Part shown: positions 14,042-26,800 of the stretch, one piece after another
Position numbering within the stretch: the stretch's first letter is position 1
How the letters are laid out: every line of letters starts with the position of its first letter
Assembly (NCBI GenBank): GCA_051362555.1
Contig: CM120648.1
Coordinates: 2,581,721-2,645,720 of the forward strand
DNA length: 64,000 nucleotides
Direction: 5' to 3'
Source of the DNA: Lingula anatina
Lineage: Eukaryota > Animalia > Brachiopoda
Made by a program: the position numbers and the translations under genes
The notes under the pieces: model-generated
What the model was told of the DNA's origin: nothing
Seen by the model: only the letters and a program-made list of their open reading frames with translations
Database searches by the model: none

Positions 14042-16969
14042 TTATCCGCTGCATGCAACCTCATAACTAGTTGTCTGAAATTCCCTAAGTAAACCAACCT
14101 TAGCAAATTTCAAGAAATTTTTCAATGGGCACATCCCATCAATGAGACTTCCTCCGCAGAATCTCAACTTCCTGGTGACATCTTTGCCGAGATACACCAC
14201 CCTCATGTACAGCCTCTCATTGGCTACGCTCCTGTAGAGTTCAAAGGTCAATCGAGATGCAAATGGGGGCCATATCCCATCATGCAGTCCTAGTGCCGTC
14301 AGCAGTGGGGAGATCGTCGTATCGTGACCAGAGAACAGTGCGAACTTAACTGGCTGTCGTTTGGCTTTGTATTTGTACATGTGTGCCGCCATTAGCTTTG
14401 ACAGTCTTAACACTAGAGGATACGCAATGAGCACCGAGGCCTTTCTATGACTATCTGACTGTTGCTGATACCCTATCAGAGTATAAGCTGCCTTCACTAC
14501 TGCCTCCAAGTCATCTATATCAACACATTTCCCATTCAGTTTTGGTAAATCAACATTGTGGCATGCATAACCCATGAGGACGTCCATAATTTCCGCCGGC
14601 CATGGGGCACGTTTGGCTCCACTGAACCTGTCTGCAACAGAGATCAGGATTGGGTCTGTCTTGATTTTCTGAGTGATGTCTTCTCTCATTTGTGCCTTCA
14701 GCCGCAAAAGAGCTCCACACTTACAGGGCTGACCCAAAATCAACTCATCACAATAGTTATCATATTGATAACTACCAATATCTAGTCTGAACTTGCTGAA
14801 ACTGAAACCTGGAAGAAATCCATAGAGGAAGGCCAGGGCGCTCTGCACAGTTCGCCCTCTATTGGTGGACATAAGAAGCATGTCAGATTGGGTGAAGTTT
14901 TCAGCAAGGAGTTTGTGCTTGTTGACGTAGGCACCCTGCAGGTGGAGGCCCAGTTTGACATGCTGCGTGGCTCCTAGTGGTGTTAACATGGCACTGCCAC
15001 AGTGGTGGGACTCAGGGTGCAGCTCAAACCCATTGAACTGGGTCTGCAGGTAGGAGTGGGAAGACATGGTCCTCACGTAGGAGCTCATCTCTGACGCCTA
15101 GGGAAGAAAAATTGTATTATGAAGAAATGTATAGCCAAATATGATCAAAACTGTCTACCTCCCAGTGCTAAACTATTGTGGGTCTTAAATACAGATACAT
15201 ATTTAATCCTGTTACATATATCATCACTGATTTCATAAACTTGTTTTTGTTATTAGGCAAAAAAATATTCTATACAAAAAATGAATAAAATCACAAGAGA
15301 AAAATACAGAAAGCTACTTTCTAAATCCCTCATATTTTATCTTCTACTACTGTTATAATCTTTATAATAACAATAAGAAAACATTTTTCATTCTACTCAT
15401 AGTCTCATATATTTTCACAGCATACAGTCTACCTGTTGAAGCAGGCCATCGTCAAATTTGCAGGATAATGAGAGCTGTTTGTACAGGGACAGCACGCTAT
15501 TGTTCTGACCCATGGGGGAGCGATCACCATGGCGGATTACGACATAGGCTGCAAGCAGTTGATAGCCCCTGTTGTTAATGCCTAGGAAGAAATGAAGACA
15601 TTTCTCTTGTTAGCTTATCAAAACATAAACAGTCCAGTTTTAAATAAAACAATTCATTTATTTATCTCTCTCTCTCTCTATATATATATACATATATATA
15701 TATATTTTTTTTTTTAAATATTTTTTCTATCAATCCTGGGATTGATTTTCTATCAAACTATTCACAAATATATCAACACCTCTCATTCAATTTCACCAAT
15801 CTTCTTCAATTAATATATTTATTTTCTAAGCATCTCCAACACATTGGACTTGGTACAATTTAATTGTCATCCTCTAAGAAAAGTCTGATCAGTATCCCAC
15901 CTTCCCCGGTATCACCTCTCTCCTCCTGTCTGAAAGGAGAGTTACAGTAGCTGAGGACGTCATCTTTCCCATAGTCAAACAGAGCGCCTGGGTTGTTCTC
16001 ACAGCCTGCAGAGACACAATCAGTGCAGTGTCACAGGAATAAGAACAATAATCAAAATATGGACTTCAACAACAGTTTACAGTATTGTTAAACAGTTTCT
16101 GGGAATGTCTTAAAAACAGAGCTTCAAACTTTACACTTGATCATTTACATCTACTTTAATTCAGTTTCATTGTATTTCATCCATTTATTTACCTTTATTC
16201 TTATTAACTTTTAATAGCTCTTTATTTGTTTTATCTTTTATCTATTTGAAATTAACTTGACCCTATTTCACTATCTAAATCCATTTATTTATCTTTGTGA
16301 GGTGTGGCCCATGTTTTTAAACCACTAAATATACTTCATTACTTACCTTTGAAACTTTTCTTCCTGGGAATGAATTCTGGTCTCACCTGTATGTACTCCC
16401 CAGCCCTGGAGTGCACTGCGGGAAGCCTTATCACCTCAGGACCTCTGGACAATGCTTGGAAGATAAAGATGTATAGAATACAGACACACATAAAATTGCA
16501 TTTTGAATTAATTCATCAATTAATGAGCGAATGATTGAATGTTGTATGTATATAGCTAAATTGCTACTATTCAATGGATTGCTTACAGGGAAATTAAATG
16601 ACAAAGTTCAAATACATTTTTTTTCTAAAAAGTATGAAAACTATATATCTTATTCAAAGGTTTTAGATTTAGCAATGAAGAATGACAGAAATAATAATAT
16701 ATACTGTTATCTTCATGAGGTCAAGGATTTCTTATAAAAGGAACAACAGGGGCCACCCTCAAAGTTTCATATGAATAATCTTATATATTAGCCAACCAAC
16801 ATATGCAGTAATTATATATTATAAGTAAATCAACACACACACACATATTAGCCAGCCCACACACACAATACTCACATCTGAGAATGAAGAACATGACGAC
16901 CACCAGGACCAGCAGCATGGCCAGCTTGAGGCGCCACCATGTGGCACAACCCACAGCACTCACTGCCAT
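14042..16969 (-). CDS. PXYLP1: 2-phosphoxylose phosphatase 1 (ACPL2), Golgi type II histidine acid phosphatase, 503 aa
   Basis: Phase-consistent GT-AG exons 16969-16876 (signal anchor MLLVLVVVMFFIL), 16454-16347, 16005-15901 (YCNSP...GEG), 15581-15433 (VVIRHGDRSP catalytic motif), 15097-14042 (LTPLGATQH, RTVQSA, SGHDTTI proton donor, WPPFASRLTFELY). Confidence 0.88.
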
Positions 16970-18131
16970 AATGTGTTTCTCTTGCCAGTCACAATGATGT
17001 CATCACTAGCAGGAAGGGGTACGGTACATGAAAGCAAAGAAGGTAGGGGCAATGTTCTTGGTCATGTGTGTGGCTGAGAGTTTGCCTTCATCTTCATCGT
17101 GGCTAAAATACAAAGGAACAAAATTTAAATTGTACAGTGTGAACTGGAGTATATATGTTTATATTGTACATGCACCTCTACTAGTATGTACGCAGATAAA
17201 TTATTGTGGAAAGTGATACATTAGTGATATAGATACTGGCACAGAATACTTCACAAGAGTGAAAAATGTAAATATGGTATACCTGTAAAAGGTTAAAATG
17301 AAATAATTTAAAAACCAATTAAAATATAAAAATACAAATGTGGTACAGAACAGCTTAAATAAGAATTTCACTCAATTCACAATGAAAATAGGACAGCAAA
17401 TTTATAAATACGGTGCATATGGTCATCAATTCTAGGTCAGTGAGATATCTAATCAGTTACCCAGTTGGCACATATACACAATATAAAATATCCCATATGT
17501 ACTTCTGTCGACTGAACACAAGGCCAGTGCTACTGTGTAAGCTACAGTTCAGGTTGTCACTGGTCAATAGCGCTGCCTGTCGTTATTAATAAACTCTATC
17601 AATACCTAATTGCATTGTAGTACATGCATGTACATATATGAGATACAACTGTAGCCAGTGCTAATGATTTTAAGAAATACTTTCACAATACTTATAGTTC
17701 TTGATCCCGTTTTCTGCACTATCGCGGACTTGATTATTATTTTCAAGTCTGTTTTATGAGGTATTTAGGTTCATCAGCCGATCAAGGTGAGAGCTGAGCG
17801 TGGCCATGGCCACATTGAAGCGCTTCCAAATTACAGAATCCAAAGACTGTAGTTTACAACGGCGTAAACACAGTGCGGATATTTGATACATTCGTCAAAA
17901 AATAATTATTATTAGACTAGTATTATTAAGCACTATTTTACATTAACCGGTGACACTGATAAACGAGCGCAAGAATTAAAATTCTTCATCTTTCTTGGCG
18001 TTTACGGGTGACTCTTACAACTAAAATCTCTAGTAATGTAAGCAACAACAAATGTAAAGATGGGTATATAGATCTACGTAGCAAAGAGTGAAAGTACCAC
18101 ACAATGCAATAAAACATACTGGAATAATTAC

Positions 18132-18250
18132 CAAAAACTCTGCCACCTTCCACATTTTTCGCCGACGATAGCTTTATCCGATCTCCTTGTCACAAGATTT
18201 CTTCTTCCGGTTTCCGGTTTATTTCCCAGTGCTTGCAACTTGAAAGGTAC
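18132..18250. promoter_or_regulatory. Probable bidirectional promoter with tandem ETS (CCGGAA) sites
   Basis: CTTCCGGTTTCCGGT at ~18204-18218 between two divergent genes. A minus-strand donor (G|GTAATT at 18132/18131) and an acceptor at 17102 define a 5'-UTR intron of PXYLP1. Confidence 0.55.
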
Positions 18251-18665
18251 CTCGTTTTTCTTGCATATAGTGTACCTATGAGTTCGTTTCTTAATTGAAA
18301 TACTGCATCAAAATTTATTTTTACGATATCGTAACTTTTATTACATCTTTCTAATCGCGCCATAGTGTTTCCGTTATTGATGAATATTGCTGGATATTTC
18401 CCCAGATTCTTAAACTAGTCGAGACGTACAGACAAGTCGAGCCTCTTAATTGAGTCTTGTACAATTTGTAGCAATGAAAAATTAACGCCAGGAAACGACC
18501 GAAAACACAGGATTATGCAACCTTGCTTCTGCATTTTACATGTGTTAATTATATTGTTGTTCCAATACACATTTCTCTATTAATTTTAGATCAAAGCATT
18601 GTTAACTCAATTTCAGATGATGCCGGGGTGAATACAGTATAATCACCCAGCGTTTGACTTTGACA

Positions 18666-20540
18666 ATGTTTCAAGATGTGACTGATGATGATGATGATGC
18701 AGAATTGAAAAGGACAATGTTGTTAGGTTACACTGATGTAGATGCTTCAAGCAGGTACTTTAAAAAGTATAGTTATAGGTAAAAAAAATGCTTGATGATA
18801 ATTAAATATTAGAATTTTTATACACACAGGGACCATTACACATACTTTATACAAGGAGTTATCTGTTATAACTCCTTGCTTTATATCAGTACATGCTCTC
18901 TCACATACATGTACACAGTGCCTCAATCAATTCTTTTTACATTTTGTGGATAATGTTATCTTTAATTTTGACATTCCTTTTAAATCTTGTACATATAGCA
19001 TATACTGTAAAGTGCATCTTCTCTAACCAATTTGCAAAGTACTCTTCATCATTTATTATTCCAGCCGTGCTCTACTTGGCATTGACATGAGACTGGAGTA
19101 CCACAGTTTCAAGGTCCCCAGCCTACAAGATCACCAATTCCTCCCAGCATGCATCAGGAGCATCAGAGCCAAGCCAAGAGAGCAGGAATTTCAGGCGTTT
19201 CAGATTCTGAACTGTAAATATGAAGAGGTACTATAGCCTGAAATGTGTGTGTGGCTTTAGGCTGGATCTCCCTCTTCCACGGCCCACCCAATGAAACAGA
19301 GAAACAAGGGTGAGGTTATTTGGGAGACTTGGGAATCAGATGTAAAAATGTGTGTGTGTGTGTGCATGCATGCATGTGTGTGTGATTGTGTGTGTCTGGT
19401 GTGTGTAGAATTGGGAAGCAGGAAAAACCCTAACATAAATTTCCTGTAGGACCTGCATGTATCAAGTATAGGACTATGTCCTATACAGAAGGAAACTGGT
19501 CCTAAAATCCTATAGGGTTCTACAGAACATGCATGTATTTCCTAGGTAATAATCCTGTAGGACCTCTGATAGAATTTGCTGGAGTCACATGAAGTCCTAA
19601 AGGACTGTTTGTCCTGAAGGAAATTTTTATGAGGGAGGAAAAAATACTGTGGTTGGATGGCTATTTCAGGTTACTTGTCTTAACAAGACTAGCTAACATA
19701 CATGTATGTAACGTTCCTGATATCTCTTTATACAGTATGCATGCCAAACTCCTTTCCCCAACAGCCTTTCTACTAGTACATGTGTTATATACCCAGTACT
19801 TCATTGTTTGTATTCTTGTTGCTGATAGAGGTGCTATTTTTTCTTTCAGTTCTCTGCAGTCATTGTGAACACCAGCGTCCCTGGTACACACTGCCACCTG
19901 GTGGCCAATACAATACTGGATCTCTGCGCTAAGAGGTAAGGGGGAGAGAAACTACATACAATATGACAGCAAAACACTTTAGTCATATAACAGTAACTAT
20001 CATATTGCATTCAATGGCCATTTTGTTTCAGTTTGTTTATAGTTTGAGTTTGAGATTTAAGTTACATTTCAGATACATGTCTGGGTAGTTGTAAATGCCA
20101 CATGTATCCAAAAATTTTTTCTGACAGTCTTCCAAATTTTCACTGTTGAACCCTGCTCCATTTTTGACTGTCTTCCAACAGAAAAAATTAGATGCCCATC
20201 AATGGAAATACAAAAAATTCTGACTGTCTCCAGAAGACCCCAAGGACGGCTTCCATCCTCCCCTGTTTATCTATATACCTGGTGAACAGGCCATTGTGTT
20301 CATTTTTAACTTTAATTCCATCGGAATGTTTAAGGGAAAATGCTGTAGTTGCTTTTAATTAATGTTTTCCTTATATGTGTGAAGGATATTTGAAATATTC
20401 CCTGTAATGTTCTTGCCTTCCAGTCCCTTCACCGAGAAGATAATATTTTTGGCATCCCTCAAGTTGGACCTCCCGTCCAGTCTACAACAGTCCAGAATGT
20501 TTGAGGTGGCCTGGAATACTGACCCTGGTATAGCTCTCAT

Positions 20541-20587
<47 letters not shown>

Positions 20588-20655
20588 ACCTGACCTGGAA
20601 TACTGATCCTGTCATGTCTGTAGAGAATACAGTGCACATATCTTTCTCTCAATAT

Positions 20656-20710
<55 letters not shown>

Positions 20711-22418
20711 TGTGTATTTGTTTGTCTGTCTGTCTGTTAATTAAGTTACTATTTTATTCAGTTGTGATTTATTTCTCTGTCCATTTCCTCCCATTTTGGA
20801 AACATACATGTAACTTTTTTATGTTCTTTGAGGAAGTTGGATTTTTCTGTTGATTTGATACTAATAAAAGCATAATGTTAATAATTTCATAATGTTTGCA
20901 GTTGCACTTAGATAACCACATTTCCTTGAAATTTTATTTTGCACATGATATAAAGCACATTATTATTAATAACATTTTCATTAGTTTTGTTGAGTTTTGC
21001 ATGTTTGGTTTTATCTCTGCAGTAACGTCTTCTCCATCCCTCCCCGCGGACACCAAGATCTGCGATCCCTTCTTCAGCACCTTCTCACAATTTGCACAGG
21101 TTGAATTGTGTGATGCTTGATAATAATAAGACTGAAAATAATACTTGATTTTCCACACTAGATGTTTGATTTTATTTAAAATTTCATGCATGTTAGAAGT
21201 AAACTTATCAATATGTAGATGTAGCTCGGCATTTGATGGATCAGTTGACGTGAATTGCTATATGTAGCTATTTGATTCAAATTTTATTTATTTTGATTCT
21301 GTTTTGGTAATCAAGTCAGTGACAGACTGGGAAAAAATATCAAATATATTTCTCATTGTTGATATAGCAGAGGGAACAAACCCAGCTTTGATAAAACAGT
21401 TAGGTAGGTCATATTTGAAGCTGTTTGGTGAATCATTTTGAAAAAAATTACTTTTGTTTTTCTGTTGGCTAGGTTGAGAAGATTCCAGTGCTTTGTTTTA
21501 TTACTCAGGGTCAGAGAGCTTTGTTTGGACAAGCTAGTACATTTGATGGATCTCTGCAGGTATTGCCTTCTCTCTCTCTTTCTCTCTCTCTCTCATAATA
21601 TAATATAATATAATATAATATAATATAATATAATATAATATAATATAATATAATATAATATAATATAATATAATGCATATCTTAATATAATATTTACTGA
21701 CTGCTAATCTTTTCTTGTATAATATTTTTATATATTTTAATATAATTTATTATTGTTATCTAAATGCTTTATTTATTTATTTATTTTTTTGTATTATTTT
21801 CCATCAGAATATTGCCACATTCCAGTCAGAACTGAACAGTTTAACTCGCCTCAGATTTGATCAAGATCTCAGTAACTCTCTGGTGAGGAAATCTGTGATA
21901 TTATAGCCATATATATTTTATATTGGTATATTTGCGCAATATTGCTTAAGATCTCAGTAATTCTCTGGTGAGGAATGCAATGATACTGTATGTGAATGTT
22001 GATATGCAGGTTTACTGCTCTGCATTTCTTAACATGGTTATATTAGTGATATGATAACAAGTTACAACAGTGATAATAATAATAATAATATTGATGACAT
22101 TTACTTGTGGCGTGGTGCAGATGGTGTACATGAAAAAGATAAAATGATGGCAAATGCCAGGATGTGAATTTAATTGTTTGCAGATTATATCTGTGTTTAT
22201 TTTTACATTGGTATACATTTTTCTCTTTTAATTTAATCACAGCTCCACCAAACTTGTCTTTTGGACATTTGGAAGAGTTTTTTTCCTGTTTGTGATGATG
22301 AATTTTTGTATGTGCTTACACCTCCTGGTCATTATTTATTAATTTATTTTGTTTATTTTTATAGATTTTTCAAGGTCTTCCAGGAAAAGAAGCAGCTCCT
22401 GATTGGATATATGAGTAA
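18666..22418 (+). CDS. Uncharacterised 244-aa protein, 8 coding exons; possibly proteasome-assembly-chaperone-like
   Basis: Exons 18666-18754, 19065-19227, 19850-19935, 20424-20527, 21023-21099, 21473-21559, 21808-21882, 22365-22418. All are GT-AG with matching phases (735 nt, no internal stop): MFQDVTDDDDDAELKRTMLLGY...KIIFLASLKL...CDPFFSTFSQFAQVEKIPVLCFIT...FQGLPGKEAAPDWIYE*. Confidence 0.8.
19437..19626. mobile_element. Small MITE-like element in an intron
   Basis: AAATTTCCTGTAGGAC ... GTCCTGAAGGAAATTT inverted ends, with internal CCTRTAGG subrepeats. Confidence 0.5.
21596..21673. repeat. (AATAT)n microsatellite
   Basis: Directly visible tandem run, preceded by (CT)n. Confidence 0.95.
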
Positions 22419-23819
22419 GCTATGCTACAAATGTAAAGCAAGGATGACGACTTCCTCTCGGATTTGAAAAGTTTCCATTGGTTTTGGTTAGTGAGACACC
22501 ATCAAGTAGCAGTCTAATATCACTTTCAGACCAATTAACTCAACCTCTGTATCGTTTCATTTTCAAGTCAGTGAATTATTTATATATTTTACGCATTCTG
22601 AATGAATTTATATTTTACTCTGACAAAAAGTTATGGTAGGCTGGGGTAGCGCTAGCAACTTTTTTGGCTTAGCCAAATCACCACTTTTTTGTCAATTGGT
22701 TATCAAAATGGTTATAATTTGACTAATACAAGTCAAATCAGGACCTTTTTCTTTAGCCAATTTAAGTCAGTTTTAGCATTTGGCTAAATTGGCGTGTGTA
22801 AGCGCTCCCCCAGGTAGATCTTTTGTTTTGAAGTGTTAGGGTTAGAGTATATCAGTATTTTATTGTTTAATATTGCAGTTGCTGCCTGTTTTTAGACAGT
22901 ACAACTTAAATGTGATCAGAATTTTGCTCATTCTTTGCTCTCTTACAAACTTAAATGAAAAACTTCTGTGAAAATATATTTCAAAATATATATAGCCTAA
23001 TTAATATGCTCACTATCTTTTCTGTAGTTTTTTCTTTCAATTGTTAAAATTGTTTGGAAACAATATCCCAATTATTAAATAAAATTCATCTTTTTGAAAG
23101 TTATCACCGATGATGGAAGGGTTGTTATTGCCAAGTCAAATTCAGTTTCATCGTTATTCGGTACATTGATAGGAAATTAGTTAGTTAACATGAATGGGTA
23201 CAAAGGGGGATTGATTCAATAAAGGACCAGCCGAATGGATCCATCAAAATAGGAATAAAACTAACAAAATTTCGTTTTGTGGAAATGTTCGGGAAAGAAA
23301 CAACGTCTTGCATTACGTTCCACAATAACATGATTTCTCGGTTCTTTCTTTGGCTCGGTTATTAGTGTTGAAGAAAACAGTCTTTGAAACGCGTATTTTG
23401 AAAAACAACATGCTTTATTCAGGTTCTAGTTTGAGGTACCATCGTCGTAATTCGTGATTATTTTTTTAATAATAGACATTTTTATATCTCAAGTTTCCCG
23501 TTTCTTATAAATAAATAAATAAGTAACAGGGAATACATTAACTAATTATTGATAATCAGTTTATGTGAATGAATGAATAATCTGTCACAGTTCAGTGAGA
23601 ATATATTGCTGCATTCTGACGGTTTACTTCAGGAAAGGGAGCTGACAGTCAACTGAGCAACTGCGGGTTCCCTCTGCAAGTTTGTCTAAGCTGCAGCTTG
23701 CATTTGAAACTCGTTATCAAATAAAAGATCGTTATCAAAATGCTTCTGGACTATTTTACTTCTTAGGTAGAACTGCAAATACTAATGAAATTCCGAAAGA
23801 TTAATAAACGTCAACGACC

Positions 23820-26800
23820 TCAGAGGTCCGTGCTTTCAACTCTTACCACTGGTTGAAGTCGACGCGGTTTCATTTGAGCGGAATTTTCGAACTCGTTATC
23901 CACCATGAGCGAGGCCGGAGAAATGACAATAGACGGCGGCAGCCGTTGAGAGGAAAGGGTGGAGTCAACCGCCGGCGAACGAATCGGCTGCAAGCGTGGG
24001 CGTGTCAGAGGCGATAGCCCCGCCCCGGCTATGCTTGACGTGACCGGTGGAAGGGATTTTACAGGAGGTAACGCCTTGACTGGAGGCAGCGTGCGGCGTT
24101 TCTGTGGCTGGAAATCGTTCAGAATGTCGTCTATCTCTTTCGTCATGTCCGGCTCGCTCTGCCTGGGCGTGGCTGTCGGTCGGCTGATAATGACGTCGTT
24201 TGAAGACTGCTGCTGCTGAGAATCGACGGCTGTATTGTCGCTGAAACGCACCCCCGGTCGCTTGGCGTCGGGCGTCGTTGAACGAGAGCGAGAGGATGAG
24301 GGTCTCCCTCCACTAGGCGCTGGGATAACGAGTTCTTCCTCTCGAATAGGAGGTCGCGGAGACCGGTTCCCGCTGGTGGGTCGTGATGAATTCATGTCAC
24401 CTCCTACCGACGCTGATGGGTGGAGAGCCGTGACTTTAGGCGACGGGGAATTCCGGCTGGCGTCCATGCTGGCGACGCTCTGAGATCTTCCACCCGCTGC
24501 CATCGACCCTGGGCGTGCAGCACCAGACGCAGGTCGACCGCCGGCACTGGAGCCCGGGCGTCCTCCAGCACCGCTCTTAGGCCGCGCGCTGCTCGGACGC
24601 GGCGTCTTCTCGACAATGCCCGGAATCGCTGCGCTGCTATCGCCTTCACCGTCCGACAGAGAATCGCCGCCATCTTCGTTTGCGATATGATCGTCGTTCT
24701 TGTCGTTGTCCCGTTTGCTGTTGTCGACGGTGTCGTAGAGGTGCTGGTCGAACTGTTCCCGCATGTGGCGCCGCGTCTCCGCCTTGAACTGCTCGAACTC
24801 GGCGTCATATTGCTCCTCGTCCTTCCCGTACCGCCGGGTGGCCGCAGTGACGGGACGGCCGGATGCCGTGGTGGGACGACCGGATGCCGTGATGGGACGA
24901 CGTGAGGCACCGTTGCTGCTTCCGTTTGAGGCCTGCGGTGGTGAAATATGATAAAATATATTGATATAAATTGCATAATATTAGATTATTTAAGACTGTT
25001 TTAAAGGAGGTACATGTATCACAGACAGAGAAATAAAATGCCGAGGAAATTTTTAGAGTGTTTGTATTCGGTTCATTGTTTATTAATCAAAGACTGACCT
25101 TTCCAGGGGACGCCGCTCGGTGATAGCGTTTCTTTCGTCTGGCGTCTCTTACTTTCTTGTAGCGTTTCCACAAATACTTGAACACACAGAAAGCAACAAT
25201 TACCGCAAAGATAAAGGCTGCTAAGATTCCAAATACCCAACCTGAAATTATAGTAAGCAGCGATGCTGATAACGAACGTAATTATTTTGGAGGATGAATT
25301 AATACTGTATCTAGAATAAAGTACGTTAAGAGTGAAAATTTACAAACACGGTAAACAAAAAGAGAAACGCTAAAATCTGTGACAATGACGTCATGGTACG
25401 TGAAATGGTGACTTTAACGCGAGACCAAAGTTCCGTAATCATACCTGGAAAATCACTGCGCCCGTCTCCAAAATTGTATACTGAAAGAATATGACATATT
25501 TTTAGTAAATTCCTGGTAGCTGGAGTTCACAGGTATTTGTCTAGATGGTTGCAACTGTTTTTCATTTCACGTGTTTAAGAATATTAAACGCTTATATTTT
25601 ACATAAATGCTTGTCCACCAGGTCAAAAGTCACCTTGGTTGATGCAGATTTTGGGTTTAAACCCAACTCCATCTTGCATACTTTTTAAAGAAACAAAAAA
25701 CGAGCTACTAATGAGCACCGTACAAAGCTTACCTCTTGGTTCTCCGTACATCGTCCACACCAGAATGAAGCCTGTTCTCTGGACAGTTCTATCAGACCGG
25801 AAGTTAATAGACACGCGGGAGGAGTTGGTGTCGATTTCTGGCGGTATGGTGTACCCCGTGAATACTTCTCCATCAATCTGAAATCATTAACACTGAATAG
25901 AATAAATCAGCACGTATGTTTCGAATTATTTAAGTTTGCTAACTTCACAGATTCATTGCTCTGTATTCGGTATATTGTGTACCCGGTAGCAAATAAAGCT
26001 GAGATAGAGAAGAAGATGCTGCAGTACTAGTACCGTAGGCGTAGGGCGCAAGGTGATTATCGCGTCCTAGCATAGGCCTAATGTACCGTTGTAGTTTTAG
26101 AGACCCTATACCAAAGCCCGTTCTCGAAAATTCAGAGTCACATTGAAGTCTGTTTTTAACCGTGCAAATTATAACCGTCAAAATAACAAGAAATGTATAC
26201 CAAAATATTACTAAAATACAATCAAGTCTTATACATGTATGTCACATTGAAATGCATGCTACCATTATCATATTTGCTACCATTACCTAAAACCGTTCAT
26301 CATAACGTTAACATACCGTTAAAAAATCACAACACTCCTCGAGGTCCATGGCTGTGACCTTCACCTTGACCTTGAGTCCCGAGGACACAGAGATGTTCCA
26401 GGTGTGGCTAAAGTCGTTAGGGTACAGGGAGGGGTGCTGGGTGTCACTGGCTGACCGGAGGGTTTTCCCGTCCTTGTCTCCGAGAATTGTCGTCTGGCCA
26501 TTACCTGGAGGAGAAGTGATCAGCGGAACATTCAATAGGCCTACAAGTTTGAAATTCTGGGACTCCGTTTTGGCAGTTTTAGACACAGACTACAGCTGTT
26601 TATGCCGGTTCAGACGAGAAAGGCACTAGACAGGGAACCAGAAAAATTTATTAATAAAACTTTAACGAGTTTCATTTCGGTCAAGTAGTCCATTAAACTG
26701 AAATGAATTTACAAAATGTCCCTATTAAAATCTAAAAACAACGAATACCTCTTGAAACTAGAAGAAAGAAGCCAGATTATATTTGCTGTTAACAATGCAC

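Noticed and set aside
20528-20853. IYLF-repeat ORF extension, and similar YI/HT/VC ORFs at 38606-39111 and 55031-55356
   Set aside because: Translations of (ATTT)n, (TA)n and (CA)n microsatellites.
23366-23400. TTGAAGA...GAAACGCGTA hammerhead-like motif
   Set aside because: The conserved C3 is missing and there is no stem I.
23959-24976. Overlapping and antisense ORFs over the MAM-CUB last exon
   Set aside because: Shadow ORFs of GC-rich coding sequence.
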